Below are positions 46,596 through 56,931 of a DNA stretch of 64,000 nucleotides, one piece after another (the first letter of the stretch is position 1; every line of letters starts with the position of its first letter). The notes beneath the pieces are model-generated. The model ran no database searches. It saw nothing but the letters and a program-made list of their open reading frames with translations, and was not told the DNA's origin. Source of the stretch: an uncultured virus (IMG/VR IMGVR_UViG_3300044796_000596) (lineage: Duplodnaviria; Heunggongvirae; Uroviricota; Caudoviricetes); the IMG/VR virus record IMGVR_UViG_3300044796_000596. One strand, 5' to 3'. A program made the position numbers and the translations under genes.

Positions 46596-49208
46596 ATGGC
46601 TATGCTCGGGTCCATGCCCCCGACGGACGCGGACGACGAGACCGACGAGAACGAAACGGACGAGGACGAGACCGACGAGAACGAAACGGACGACGAGTCG
46701 GACGAGAACGAGACGGACGACGAGTCGGACGAAGGGGAGGCGCGCGAGGGGCAGAGCGCCCAACCGACCCAGGACCGCCTCCTGAGCGTTCCCGAGCAGA
46801 TCGAGCAAGAGCAGCGGCGTCTCTATGCCGAAGAGGAGCGGCGCGCCCTCGAGTATCGCTCCACAAACGGCCGCTCCAACGGCTCCAACGGCTCCTCGAA
46901 TGGCCGATCTAGCTCGAACGGCAGCGCGAACGGCAGCGTGAACGGCACCGGCCACCCCGGCCACCCCGGCGCGCACGTCGCCGAGGAGCCGAGGCGTCAA
47001 AAGATCAAGAAGCGCGAGGAGAAGCCGAAGACGGGCCTCATGAAGACACACCCGCTTTTCCCAACGGCTGCAGGTTCGGGCGACCGCGAGGGCGACTTCG
47101 TGTGGCTCCACATCTCACGGCTTCGGCCGGATGGCGCGATCGAGCAGTTCCCGCGACGTTTTCCCGCGGGCGAGATCACGAGCTGGGAGCAGATCCACGA
47201 GGTCTGTGGCGGTGGCGAGTACCGGATCTGGGCGACCAACGACGACAACAAGTTCGTGGCGTTCTTCCCCGCCAACCGCGAGGAATTCTACCTTATCGAC
47301 GCGCCTCCGAAGCCGTTCTTCGTGGACAAGACGAGGGCGAACGTCAACCGCCGAGGTGCGCTCGTAGGGGCAGAGGCGGCGTGGCCTGGCCTCGTGTCTC
47401 CCGCTGCGCAAGCGGGGCAGGCGGCGCCCTCCGTCCCGGCCGCCACGGCTCCTCCCGCGCTTACGGCTGCGGATGTCGGCAAGATCGTCGCGGAGCAGAT
47501 GGCGGCGGCGATGGCCGCCTTGGCGGCCGCGAACGCGCCGAAGCCCGAGCCGCCGGTCACGGCTGCGGACGTCGGCAAGATCGTTGCGGAGCAGATGGCG
47601 GCGACGGTGGCCGCGCTGGCGGCCGCGAACGCGCCGAAGCCCGAGCCGCCGCTCTCGGCGGCCGACGTCTCGCGGATCGTCGCGGACGCGATGAAGGCGT
47701 CGGTGCCGCCCGTGGACATCGCGCGGACCGTCGCCGACGCGGTGAAGGCCGCAACGCCCGTGAACAACATGGCCGAGGTCGTGACGGCCATCGGCGCTCT
47801 CGCGGTGCCGATCACGCAGGCGATCTTGAGCCGCCCTGTCCCCGTCCCGCCGGACACGCTGACGCCGCTGATCACGATGATGCAAATGTCGTCGAACGAG
47901 CGCGTCGCCATGATGAACTCGGACAACAAGAGACCGGATCCGACGCTCAAGATGCTGGAGATCATGAACGCCACGCGTGAGAAGCCGATGACCCCGGCGG
48001 AGCTCATGTCGTTCGTGAAGACGATGAGCGGCGACAAGATGTCCCCCGCGGATCTCCTCGCGTTCGCGAAGGCCGTGAATGGCGGCGGCGACAAGCCGAA
48101 GAACGGTCTCGAGCAGGTTGCCGAGACGATGGCGCTCGTGGACCGAATCCGCCCGCCTGCGCCCGCCGGTGGCGGCGCGTCGGAGCTCGGTGAACTGACC
48201 CAGATGGTCACGGCGCTGGCCCCCATCTTGAAGACCGAAGGCAAGACCGAGGAGCCGGCGGCGGCTGCCAAGCCGAAGACGTCGCTGATCTTGGCAGGCG
48301 TGGGGGAGATCACGAATCCGAGCCCGGAGCTCGTCCGATCGATTCACGAGGCGGCCGCGGGCAGGATGCCTGGCGCGCAGACCCGCGCTCCCGCGCAGGC
48401 AGCTTCCGCGGCTCCCGCGCAGGCAGCTCCCGTCTATGCCCCCGTCGTCCCGGCGCCTCTTCCGGCCGCACCTGTGCCGCCAGCGACTGCTCCCGTCGCA
48501 CAGACCTCCCCGCTGCCTGTCGCGCCCATCGTCGCGGCTCCCGTCGCGGCTCCCGTCGCGGCCCCTGTCGTGGCCGAGATGAGCGACGACGACGAGAGGG
48601 AAATGGACGCCGCATTCCAGGCTGCGATCGAGCCTGGAATCGCATCTTTGACGCTCCCCGTGTCGGGGGTTGCCGCAGCGGACCAGGTTCCGTCTGCCGC
48701 ACCGTCTGCCGCACCGACCGCACCAGATCCAGATCCAGATCCAGCACCTGCCCCCACCGCGTTGACGGCGGAGGAATTCGTGCTTCGGCTCAAGAACGAT
48801 CCGGCGTTCCAAGCCGAGGTGAAGAGCAAGCTCGCCGAGGCACACGCTCAGGAACAGGCGCAGCAAGCGCACGCGCGAGCACAGGCCGAAGAGCAGGAGC
48901 GAGCACACGCCGAGGCACAGGCCCAAGCGCAGCCCGCCACGCCAGCGGCTCCCGCGGGGCCTCAGATCGACGCCGACATGGTGAGGACTCTGGCGCACAT
49001 GGCACCGGACAAGCTCGCGGAGATGCTCACGCCGGCGATGGGGGCCCAGGAGGCCGCGACGTTTGCCGAGGGCCTTGCGCACATCCCGGATGTCGGCAAG
49101 GCGTTCTTCCTGAAGGCGTTCCCCTCGGATGGTCTCAGGGCCCTCCTGACAGGACAGATCGAGCTGCCGAAAAACCTCGATCCGAAGTTCATGAGCGCGA
49201 TGTCGTGA
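46596..49208 (+). CDS. large Ala/Pro/Met-rich hypothetical protein
   Basis: 870-aa GC3-biased ORF with acidic repeats and internal duplications. Confidence 0.75.
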   Translation: MAMLGSMPPTDADDETDENETDEDETDENETDDESDENETDDESDEGEAREGQSAQPTQDRLLSVPEQIEQEQRRLYAEEERRALEYRSTNGRSNGSNGSSNGRSSSNGSANGSVNGTGHPGHPGAHVAEEPRRQKIKKREEKPKTGLMKTHPLFPTAAGSGDREGDFVWLHISRLRPDGAIEQFPRRFPAGEITSWEQIHEVCGGGEYRIWATNDDNKFVAFFPANREEFYLIDAPPKPFFVDKTRANVNRRGALVGAEAAWPGLVSPAAQAGQAAPSVPAATAPPALTAADVGKIVAEQMAAAMAALAAANAPKPEPPVTAADVGKIVAEQMAATVAALAAANAPKPEPPLSAADVSRIVADAMKASVPPVDIARTVADAVKAATPVNNMAEVVTAIGALAVPITQAILSRPVPVPPDTLTPLITMMQMSSNERVAMMNSDNKRPDPTLKMLEIMNATREKPMTPAELMSFVKTMSGDKMSPADLLAFAKAVNGGGDKPKNGLEQVAETMALVDRIRPPAPAGGGASELGELTQMVTALAPILKTEGKTEEPAAAAKPKTSLILAGVGEITNPSPELVRSIHEAAAGRMPGAQTRAPAQAASAAPAQAAPVYAPVVPAPLPAAPVPPATAPVAQTSPLPVAPIVAAPVAAPVAAPVVAEMSDDDEREMDAAFQAAIEPGIASLTLPVSGVAAADQVPSAAPSAAPTAPDPDPDPAPAPTALTAEEFVLRLKNDPAFQAEVKSKLAEAHAQEQAQQAHARAQAEEQERAHAEAQAQAQPATPAAPAGPQIDADMVRTLAHMAPDKLAEMLTPAMGAQEAATFAEGLAHIPDVGKAFFLKAFPSDGLRALLTGQIELPKNLDPKFMSAMS

Positions 49209-49816
49209 GCGCGACGGATCGACGGTTTCGAGGACGCGAGAACGCGAGGACGAAAAAGATGCTGAATGACGACGAAATGATCGCCTTCGACCGCAGGCGC
49301 CGCGCGGAGGACGCCTGGCGTGCCGCGCGGCGCACCTCGGGCCTCACAGACCCCAAGGTCCTGATCGACGCTTCCGAGGAGTTTGACGCCGCGATCGAAG
49401 CTTGGAATGCGCTCCCGCGCCCGCAGGAGGACCCGCTCCCACGCCCGCAGGAGGACCCGCTCCTCGTGGCGATTCAGGCGCTCGCATCGCAGGCGCATAC
49501 CCAGACCGCTCTGCTCGGGGCGATCGTGAACCAGCCGCAGGACAACACGCTGTTTCTGTCCTTGTTCAAGAACTACAGCGACACCATGGTCACCATGCTC
49601 ATGCGTGCCGAGCCTCGTCAGGACTATGCTTCGCTGCTCCCTCTGCTCCCTCTGCTCCTGGAGTGCATGAAGGAGCGGCGCGAGACGGTGCCCGTCGCGC
49701 GTCCGCAGGCCGCCACGCCGCCGCTGCGCGCGCCGCGCACCAAGGGTGGCAAGGGTGGCAAGGGTGGCAAGGGTGGCGCGAAGGTCTTCTCCTCCGTGAA
49801 GTCGCGGGACGCGTGA
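49205..49816 (+). CDS. hypothetical protein
   Basis: GTGA coupling; in-frame repeats. Confidence 0.6.
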   Translation: MSATDRRFRGRENARTKKMLNDDEMIAFDRRRRAEDAWRAARRTSGLTDPKVLIDASEEFDAAIEAWNALPRPQEDPLPRPQEDPLLVAIQALASQAHTQTALLGAIVNQPQDNTLFLSLFKNYSDTMVTMLMRAEPRQDYASLLPLLPLLLECMKERRETVPVARPQAATPPLRAPRTKGGKGGKGGKGGAKVFSSVKSRDA

Positions 49817-50157
49817 GCTTCCACCGCGAGCATCTGCAGGCCGTGCCGCGTCTCCGGACGTGGCTCGACGAGGCGCGTATCCGTCTCACCAGTCCGCGGA
49901 CGCGCCGACGCGCGACGCGGGTCGTCCTCGCGGCGGCCGTGCTTTCGGCGGGCATCGGCTGCGGCGCCTCGCTCTCCGCGCTGGACCAGCGCGCGCTCAT
50001 CACCTCGACCGAGCTCTCGGCGAAGGCGTACTGCTCGTTCGACGTGGACGCCGGCGTCGCCGCGCGCGGGCTCATCCGGACCGTACACGCGTCGGACATC
50101 GGCATCCTCCGCAGGAACAACGTCGACGCGGGCTCCGACATCATCCTCTGTCCGTGA
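49813..50157 (+). CDS. putative lipoprotein/secreted protein
   Basis: RRR followed by VVLAAAVLSAGIGC. Confidence 0.45.
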   Translation: MSFHREHLQAVPRLRTWLDEARIRLTSPRTRRRATRVVLAAAVLSAGIGCGASLSALDQRALITSTELSAKAYCSFDVDAGVAARGLIRTVHASDIGILRRNNVDAGSDIILCP

Positions 50158-50313
50158 GAGGCTCGCTGGGCGGGGATCGCCTCACGCCCCGCATGCTCGG
50201 CGTGTCCCGTGAAGTCCCGTAAAGTCGTCGCGCGGGACACGTAGAGCCTCCGCGATCTCAAGCGATCCCCACCATCCCCACCATCCTGCTGTCTCGGAGG
50301 AGGTACCCGCGCC

Positions 50314-50607
50314 ATGGCCATGAACCTCGAGGACATCCAAGCCGCTGCAAACCTCTCGCCGGATGAGCTCGCCGCGTTCGCGTCCCTCCCCCCGCGAGAC
50401 CTCCGCGACATCGAGGTGCTGGCGGAGCGCGACCCGGCGGGAGCGCTGCTGGCGGCCCAAGGCTACGCGCTCGCTCAACAGGACGCCCCGGTCTCGCCGT
50501 GGGCGGTGTTCGTGAAGGTCGTCGGCGTGATCGGTCAGGTGGCCGGCGTCGTGTCGCCCATCGGGTCCGCCGTGCAGGCCATCGTCGGCGTCGCCAAGGT
50601 TCTCTGA
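50314..50607 (+). CDS. small protein with hydrophobic C-terminus
   Basis: SD GGAGGAGG; GC3 bias. Confidence 0.65.
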   Translation: MAMNLEDIQAAANLSPDELAAFASLPPRDLRDIEVLAERDPAGALLAAQGYALAQQDAPVSPWAVFVKVVGVIGQVAGVVSPIGSAVQAIVGVAKVL

Positions 50608-50635
50608 CCAAGGTTCTCTGAAAGGTCCTCTGAAC

Positions 50636-50926
50636 GTGCTCACAGCGCTTCCTTGCGGCGGCCTCGGCGAACTCGATCCGGATCCCGCGACCGGCATGCA
50701 GATCGCGTGCAAGCTGCACCGTGAATTTCCGAAGGATCCGGCGACCGGGCTCTACATCCTCGCGACGTCGCCCCACCCCGACGCACGCAGTCACGGGGCT
50801 CACGGAGGTCACGGCGAGCGCGAGGAGAAGCTCTTCCAGTACCGTGATCGCCCGTCGTGCGGCGCCGTCACGGATCTCGTGCAGGGCGGAATCCGCGTGG
50901 TCGTGTCCACGCCGGATTCCCCGTAG
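50636..50926 (+). CDS. hypothetical protein
   Basis: GC3-biased frame in the operon direction. Confidence 0.4.
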   Translation: MLTALPCGGLGELDPDPATGMQIACKLHREFPKDPATGLYILATSPHPDARSHGAHGGHGEREEKLFQYRDRPSCGAVTDLVQGGIRVVVSTPDSP

Positions 50927-50963
50927 GACGACGGCTCCCAGGAGAGTGTAGGATCGGAGGGCC

Positions 50964-52691
50964 ATGGCCCGATCCAGTGCCGCCAAGTCCCGCGCGCCCG
51001 CTCTCCCAGCGCTCCCAGCGCTCCCAGCGACCGTCGAGGTGAACCCGCCGCCCGAGATCAGTAAGCGCCCGGGCCCGTTCGTCTACTGGGTGAAGGACAT
51101 CGGCAACGGCCGCGTGGTGCTCACGCGGAGCGCCGAGGAGACGCACGGGATCAAGATGCCCGCTGCGTCGGTCAAGCACTTCGTGAACGACCTCTCGGGC
51201 AAGGTCGAGGGGCCGAAGAGCAAGCGCCCGGAGATTCAGGCGGTGCTCTCGGGCAAGGCGACCTTCCTCGGCAAGGGGGACGACGGCCTCGCGTTTCGCG
51301 TGAAGGACAAGCACGGCGACAAGGTCGTGAAGGTCTCGACGACGGTCCCCTACATCCCCGAGAACGACTACCACGCGACGCCGGAGGAGGCGATCCACCG
51401 CCTGCGCGAGCAGACGAAGATGCACAACCGGCTCGCCGACGTGACGGGCAACACGTGCCTCCAGCGGGCCGAGTTCGTGGTCCACGGCGACAAGGGTTTT
51501 CAAATCAAGCCGTACGTCGAAGGGGTCGTGCAGTTCACGCGGGACGAGCTCGACCGGCTGCAGGACTGCGTGATCGCGATCCACAAGGCCGGGTACGCGA
51601 TTCGGGACAACGTCCAGGCGGGGCTCGGGCCGAAGGGTCAGCCGGTGATGTTCGACGTCGGCAAGGCCAAGGCGATCTCGCCGGAGGAAGCGCAGGCGAC
51701 GACATGGCACTCGCCCGCGGGCAACGACATGGAGAAACTCGCCGACCTCTACAAGGAATCGGGGCACGAGTTCGTGCGCCGCGACCACGACGAGGGGCAG
51801 CAGGCGTGGGACAAGGCCGTGTCGCTCGCGATGACGGCCGTCCGGAAGACGGACCAGCCTGCGCTCCGCGGCGTCGCCTGGCGGGAGCTGACCCGTGCGG
51901 CGGAGAAGCGCCGCGCCATCGCCCGCGCGACGCTCAAGGGTGACGCGCTCATCGAGAAGCTCCAGGACGCCGACGAGGCGCTTCGTTGGCGGCGCGACGA
52001 TCTCGCGATGGACGACATCGAGAAGGTGCTCGGCGAATTCGAGGAATGGTACCAGGGTGAGGATCCGGTCGCTCGAAAGGACAGGCAGGCCGAGGTGGAG
52101 CATGCAGTGGCGCGCGCGCTCACGGCCGGCGCCCGCCCGCCGCTGCGCTTCCAGGGCATGGGCGGCGAGGGGATCGTGATCTGCGACGCGCGGGGGCACG
52201 CGTACAAGATGGGTCGCAGTCGCGATCTCGCGGACGAGGCGGCGTGGTTGGAGACGGCGATGACGCTCCCCGAGGTCGCGAAGCACGTCGCCCGAATGGT
52301 CACGTATCACCCAGAAGTAGACGCCATCGAACGCGAGTGCGTGCCGCGCACGGACAACCCGATGCCACGCTGGAAGGTCGACCTCTGGGATTTGCACGAT
52401 ACGATCCAGAAGGAGATGCGGAAAAACGGCTGGACCGCTCCGGAGTACAAGGAAGACTCCTACATCGAGACCGCCGACCGTGGGTTTGTGCTCGTCGACG
52501 CGGGCTTCGTCCAGCGCCTCGGCGATCGCATGGCCTCCTACGTCGAGGACGTGCTTGCCGGCCGGCGCCCTTGGCGCAAGGACAAGCCCAAGGATCTCGC
52601 GTGGGCGCTTGAGGCGGACTTCGCCGAGCCGAGGCCCGCCAGGGTCGAGGCGCTTCTGGCCGAGCTCAAGCGCCGGGAGGACGCCGGCTGA
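50964..52691 (+). CDS. protein with two kinase-like (PKL-fold) domains
   Basis: FLGKGDDGLAF..VVKV...VMFDVG and FQGMGGEGIV..AYK...VLVDAG. Confidence 0.55.
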   Translation: MARSSAAKSRAPALPALPALPATVEVNPPPEISKRPGPFVYWVKDIGNGRVVLTRSAEETHGIKMPAASVKHFVNDLSGKVEGPKSKRPEIQAVLSGKATFLGKGDDGLAFRVKDKHGDKVVKVSTTVPYIPENDYHATPEEAIHRLREQTKMHNRLADVTGNTCLQRAEFVVHGDKGFQIKPYVEGVVQFTRDELDRLQDCVIAIHKAGYAIRDNVQAGLGPKGQPVMFDVGKAKAISPEEAQATTWHSPAGNDMEKLADLYKESGHEFVRRDHDEGQQAWDKAVSLAMTAVRKTDQPALRGVAWRELTRAAEKRRAIARATLKGDALIEKLQDADEALRWRRDDLAMDDIEKVLGEFEEWYQGEDPVARKDRQAEVEHAVARALTAGARPPLRFQGMGGEGIVICDARGHAYKMGRSRDLADEAAWLETAMTLPEVAKHVARMVTYHPEVDAIERECVPRTDNPMPRWKVDLWDLHDTIQKEMRKNGWTAPEYKEDSYIETADRGFVLVDAGFVQRLGDRMASYVEDVLAGRRPWRKDKPKDLAWALEADFAEPRPARVEALLAELKRREDAG

Positions 52692-52723
52692 TTTTTCGCT
52701 TGGCGAGACGTGGGGCGCGCCGT

Positions 52724-52954
52724 TCAGCTAAACACGCCGTGCTCGAGGCGCCCGAGCACGTCGAGAGCCTCTTGGGTGCCCACGTCGGTGTCGACGAGGC
52801 TCAGAGGCGAAGCGTCGCCGAGCGCGCGCAGCGGCGTCCGCAGCCACCGCGCGACGGTGGTCGCGTTCCCTTGGAACACATGGATGGCGCGCTCCGCGAG
52901 CCGCGCGAGCCGCACGACGCGGTCAGACTCGTTGTTCGCGGCGATGGTTGCCAT
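52724..52954 (-). CDS. MbcA/ParS/Xre antitoxin toxin-binding domain, stand-alone
   Basis: A..VF...ARWLRTPLRALG..SPLSL.DTD.G..E..DVLGRLEHGVFS. Confidence 0.8.
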   Translation of the reverse strand: MATIAANNESDRVVRLARLAERAIHVFQGNATTVARWLRTPLRALGDASPLSLVDTDVGTQEALDVLGRLEHGVFS

Positions 52955-53050
52955 GTGGCAAGAGTCTGTGCGCCAGATGGCACGTGTCAAGCGCCATGCG
53001 AATCGCGAAGGAGGCAACGGCGGACGACGTAGGATACGATCTCGGGCACG

Positions 53051-54367
53051 ATGCAGTCGCTCAAGGAGATCACCGCGATGCTGCTCGCTCCGAAGGCGCT
53101 TCCGGCGCCAGGGGTGCAGACGTTCGTGGTGCCCTCCCCCACGCTGGAGCCACCCGTGCGGAAGAAGCTGTCGCTCAAACTCCTCGAGCCCGGGGCTGCG
53201 GGGGGCGAGGGCGAGACGCGCCGGGAGCGCGCCGTGCGCCTCCGGGCCGAGTACCCGTCGCTCTCGTACGACTTCGCGCCGTCCCCGAGCGACGAGGCCG
53301 TCGATCCGTTCTCGTACGACATCATCATCGTGGCGTTCTCGGGCGGGAAGGACTCGCTCGCGCTGCTCCTGCTTCTTCTCGAGATGGGCGTGCCGAAGGA
53401 CCGGATCGAGCTCTGGCACCACGACGTGGACGGGCGCGAGGGGTCCACCTTGATGGACTGGCCCTGCACGCACGACTACTGCCAGAAGGTCGCCGATGCG
53501 CTCGGAATCAAGCTCTACTTCTCCTGGAAAGTCGGCGGCTACGAGCGAGAGATGACCCGCAACCTCGCACCGACCGCGGAGTACCGCTACGAGGTGCCTG
53601 GCGGTCGTGTCGAACAGAGTCGCGAACCCGACGAACGAGCGAACCGCGCGGCCCGGTCGGAGTACGTGAGCGTCTACGGGGAGGGCGACCCCAAGCAGAG
53701 CGGTGAGGAGGCGATCCTCGCCGCGAAGCGCGCCAAGCTCGGCTACCGCATGGTGTTCCCTCAGAAGGCCGCTGACCTGAAAGTACGATGGTGCAGCGCC
53801 TACGTGAAGATCATGGTGTGCGACTCGGCGCTTGCGAACCAGGGACGGTTCAAGGGCAGGCGAACGCTGGTCCTTACGGGCGAGCGCGCCGAGGAGAGCG
53901 CTGGGCGCGCGAAGTACGCCATCTTCGAGCCCGACCGCGCCGATCTTCGCACGGGACGAACGCCGAGGCACATCGACCACTGGCGCCCCGTGCTGCACTG
54001 GCCAGAGACCGAGGTCTGGAAGATTATCGATCGCTATCGCGTGAACGCGCACCCGGCGTACCACCTTGGATGGGGCCGCGTGTCGTGCGCGCCGTGCATC
54101 TTCGGCAGCCCTGACCAGTGGGCTTCGCTCCGCGTCGTGAACCCGGAGCAGTTCAACGAGGTCGCGGCCTATGAGACGAAGTTCGGCAAGACGATCGACC
54201 GCAAGTACGACATCAACGAGATGGCGGAGCGCGGGAGCCCCTTCGCGGGCATGACGGCGCGGTGGATCAAGGCGGCGACGTCGCGCGAGTACACCGAGCC
54301 CGTGTTCGTGGATCCGTGGGATCTGCCGAGCGGCGCGATTCTGGGCGATGGCAGCGGACCGACGTAG
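53051..54367 (+). CDS. PAPS-reductase-family PP-loop protein
   Basis: VAFSGGKDS, RWCSAYVK, GERAEES..RA, HPAY..GWGRVSCAPC. Confidence 0.85.
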   Translation: MQSLKEITAMLLAPKALPAPGVQTFVVPSPTLEPPVRKKLSLKLLEPGAAGGEGETRRERAVRLRAEYPSLSYDFAPSPSDEAVDPFSYDIIIVAFSGGKDSLALLLLLLEMGVPKDRIELWHHDVDGREGSTLMDWPCTHDYCQKVADALGIKLYFSWKVGGYEREMTRNLAPTAEYRYEVPGGRVEQSREPDERANRAARSEYVSVYGEGDPKQSGEEAILAAKRAKLGYRMVFPQKAADLKVRWCSAYVKIMVCDSALANQGRFKGRRTLVLTGERAEESAGRAKYAIFEPDRADLRTGRTPRHIDHWRPVLHWPETEVWKIIDRYRVNAHPAYHLGWGRVSCAPCIFGSPDQWASLRVVNPEQFNEVAAYETKFGKTIDRKYDINEMAERGSPFAGMTARWIKAATSREYTEPVFVDPWDLPSGAILGDGSGPT

Positions 54368-54385
54368 GACGCAGGGAGTGAAAAC

Positions 54386-54751
54386 ATGAGCGACATGAAG
54401 AGCTACAAGGTGCTGGTCGGCGGCGAGGGCCAGGCGGGACTCGTCCTGGCGTCGGATCCCGAGGAGGCCATCCGCCTCTGGCGACAGGCGGGCAAGGGCC
54501 GGGCGAACACGAAGAACGTGACCGCCATCGCGTCTGCGTCGGACGCGCACGCCCGACTCCTCGCTCACGCGGAGCTCTTGGCGGCGCTCATCGAGGCCGC
54601 CAGCGCGCACGGTCGCGCGTTCGGGCCCGAGCACGAGGTTGGCGATCTCCAGGAGATTCTCCGGACGTGCTGGAACAAGCTCTCGCCGTCTCAGCAGCGC
54701 TCCGTGTACAACCATCACCAGGAGATCGTCGAAGAGTGGGGCGAGGACTGA
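54386..54751 (+). CDS. hypothetical protein
   Basis: SD GGGAG; GC3 bias. Confidence 0.55.
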   Translation: MSDMKSYKVLVGGEGQAGLVLASDPEEAIRLWRQAGKGRANTKNVTAIASASDAHARLLAHAELLAALIEAASAHGRAFGPEHEVGDLQEILRTCWNKLSPSQQRSVYNHHQEIVEEWGED

Positions 54752-54755
54752 CCCG

Positions 54756-56330
54756 ATGAAGTCCCTGCGCGCTCTCACGGCGAGGCTCCTCGGCACGATC
54801 GACGTCGACGTCGAGGACGAGGTCGAGGACGCCGACGCGATGCCGTCGAGCGGCCCTCCGCGCACGCTGCTCTCGCTCTTCGATCACTCGGGCGAGTGGT
54901 CGCGGCCCTTCGCCGAGGCCGGCTGGAACGTGCTCCAGGTGGATCTGAAGCACGGGGACGACATTCGCCAGTTCTCGGCGAAGTGGCTCCTCGAGAACGT
55001 GCTTCAGGGCTACGACACCATCGACGGGATCCTCGCCGCGCCTCCCTGCACGGACTTCACCGTGAGCGCCGCGCGACACTGGAAGAAGCAGGACGCCACC
55101 GGGAGCACGGCGTGCTCCATCGAGCTCGTGCGGCAGACTCTGCGAACGGTCGACTTCTTGAAGCCTGCCTTCTGGGCCATCGAGAACCCGGCCGGTCGGA
55201 TCGCCGCCTTGGTGCCCGGCGTCGGCGGGCGAAAGATGGTGTGGGATCCGTGCGACTTCGCCGGCTGGACATCCCCGACGGCGAAGGATCTCGCGAGGCT
55301 TGAGAAGCTCCGCAAGAAGAACCTGCACGCGGGCGACACGTTCTCGAAGGAGGACGTGGACCTCGTGAAGCGGATCAACGCCTACACGAAGCGAACGGTG
55401 CTCTACGGCGACTTCAACGCGCTTCAAAAGCGCCGGATCGAGCCCGTCAACACGAGCAAGTGGGGATCGTGGCTCCAGTCGCTCGGGGGCAAGAGCGCGA
55501 AGACGAAGGAGCTTCGGTCGGTCACGCCGGCCGGCTTCGCGCGCGCGTTCTACGAGGCGAACAAGAACCGCCGGTACGTCGAGGACGTCGAGGAGAAAGA
55601 GCGGTCCACGCGGCGGCCGCCGACCTCGGCGACAGGCAAGCCGCCAACCACGAGCGCTCGGCAGGCGACGCTCGTCCCGGCGACGCCTCGCTCGACGACG
55701 CCGGGGTTCGTGGTCTACGGGATGCCGACCGCGACGTGCACGCGCAAGGTGCTGCTCGCGCTCGCCGAGAAGGGCCAGGAGGCGACCTTCGTCCTGGTCG
55801 ATCTCGCGAAGGGCGAGCACAAGCAGCCGGCGCACCTCGCGCGGCAGCCCTTCGGACGCATCCCCGTGCTGGAGCATGGGAGCTACCGGCTCTACGAGTC
55901 CCGCGCGATTCTCCAGTACCTCGACGTGATCCTGAAGGGCCCGAGCCTCACGCCTGCATCGCCGGAAGCGATGGGCCTCATGGCGCAGTGGATCAGCGTT
56001 GAATACTCGTATTTCGCGCCCGCCGCGCAGACGATCTTCATGGAGATCCTTTGGGGGGACCGTTCGCAGGGCGACATGGCGAAGGTCGTCGAGGGCCGGG
56101 CGGGCGTGGCGGAAGCCCTCGACGTGGTGGACGCGTGGCTTGGCGAGAGCGGCAAGCCCTACCTCGGTGGGGACGCGTTCTCGCTTGGGGACATCTGCTG
56201 GATGCCGGGCATCGAGAACCTCTTCCTGTGCGGACAGGGCGATCTCATCATGAGCCGAGCGCACGTGGCCGCCTGGTGGACGCGCGTGAGCGCGCGGCCG
56301 ACATGGAAGAAGGTCCTCGCGGCTCGATAA
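54756..56330 (+). CDS. phage-type C5 cytosine methyltransferase fused to glutathione S-transferase
   Basis: LSLFD.SG, AAPPCTDF, AIENPAG, YTKRT, RSVTP.GFA; then GST motifs QPFGRIPVL, LYESRAILQYL, YLGGDAFSLGDI in the same frame. Confidence 0.8.
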   Translation: MKSLRALTARLLGTIDVDVEDEVEDADAMPSSGPPRTLLSLFDHSGEWSRPFAEAGWNVLQVDLKHGDDIRQFSAKWLLENVLQGYDTIDGILAAPPCTDFTVSAARHWKKQDATGSTACSIELVRQTLRTVDFLKPAFWAIENPAGRIAALVPGVGGRKMVWDPCDFAGWTSPTAKDLARLEKLRKKNLHAGDTFSKEDVDLVKRINAYTKRTVLYGDFNALQKRRIEPVNTSKWGSWLQSLGGKSAKTKELRSVTPAGFARAFYEANKNRRYVEDVEEKERSTRRPPTSATGKPPTTSARQATLVPATPRSTTPGFVVYGMPTATCTRKVLLALAEKGQEATFVLVDLAKGEHKQPAHLARQPFGRIPVLEHGSYRLYESRAILQYLDVILKGPSLTPASPEAMGLMAQWISVEYSYFAPAAQTIFMEILWGDRSQGDMAKVVEGRAGVAEALDVVDAWLGESGKPYLGGDAFSLGDICWMPGIENLFLCGQGDLIMSRAHVAAWWTRVSARPTWKKVLAAR

Positions 56331-56469
56331 AACGGATTCAGGGTCCGGGGTCCGGGGGGTCCGGGGTCCGTGGTGGGTCCGTGGTGGGTCCAGGGTGGGG
56401 ATCGCCGTGTCTCGCGGAGGCCGTGCTTGTCCCGACGCTCACGCGGAAATCTTGGGATAAGATCCTTGC

Positions 56470-56853
56470 ATGGCTCCGCCGAAACGACCCGCAAAGCCCG
56501 CGCGCGGCGCTCGTCAGGTCGCGGACGACGACACGGGGACGCTCGACGCGGGGGCGATCACGAAGCGCCTCACGAACACGTGGGAGGTCCACACGAAGCT
56601 CGCCGAGCAGCTCGCCACCGAGCTCGACGCGGCCGAGCGCGACGTGCGCGCCACGCGCCCCGACCGCGCGGCCTTCCTGCGCGGCCTTCGGCTCTCGCTC
56701 CGCTACTTCGTGGACCGCTTCGGCCAGTGGACGACGGACAAGTCGATCGCGTTCGAGGACAAGAGCCGCGACCTCCAAGAGTTCCAGATCGTGCGCGATG
56801 CGGTGATGGCGCTCCTGAACCTCCCCGCGACGCCGACGCCGAAAGCCACGTGA
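56470..56853 (+). CDS. hypothetical protein
   Basis: TAAGAT 6 nt before the ATG; GC3 bias. Confidence 0.6.
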   Translation: MAPPKRPAKPARGARQVADDDTGTLDAGAITKRLTNTWEVHTKLAEQLATELDAAERDVRATRPDRAAFLRGLRLSLRYFVDRFGQWTTDKSIAFEDKSRDLQEFQIVRDAVMALLNLPATPTPKAT

Positions 56854-56931
56854 AGCAGTGGCGCATCACCGCGGACATCCTCGAGTTCTACGAGGCGCAG
56901 AGCGGCCCTCAAGGCTGACCCAAAGGAATCA

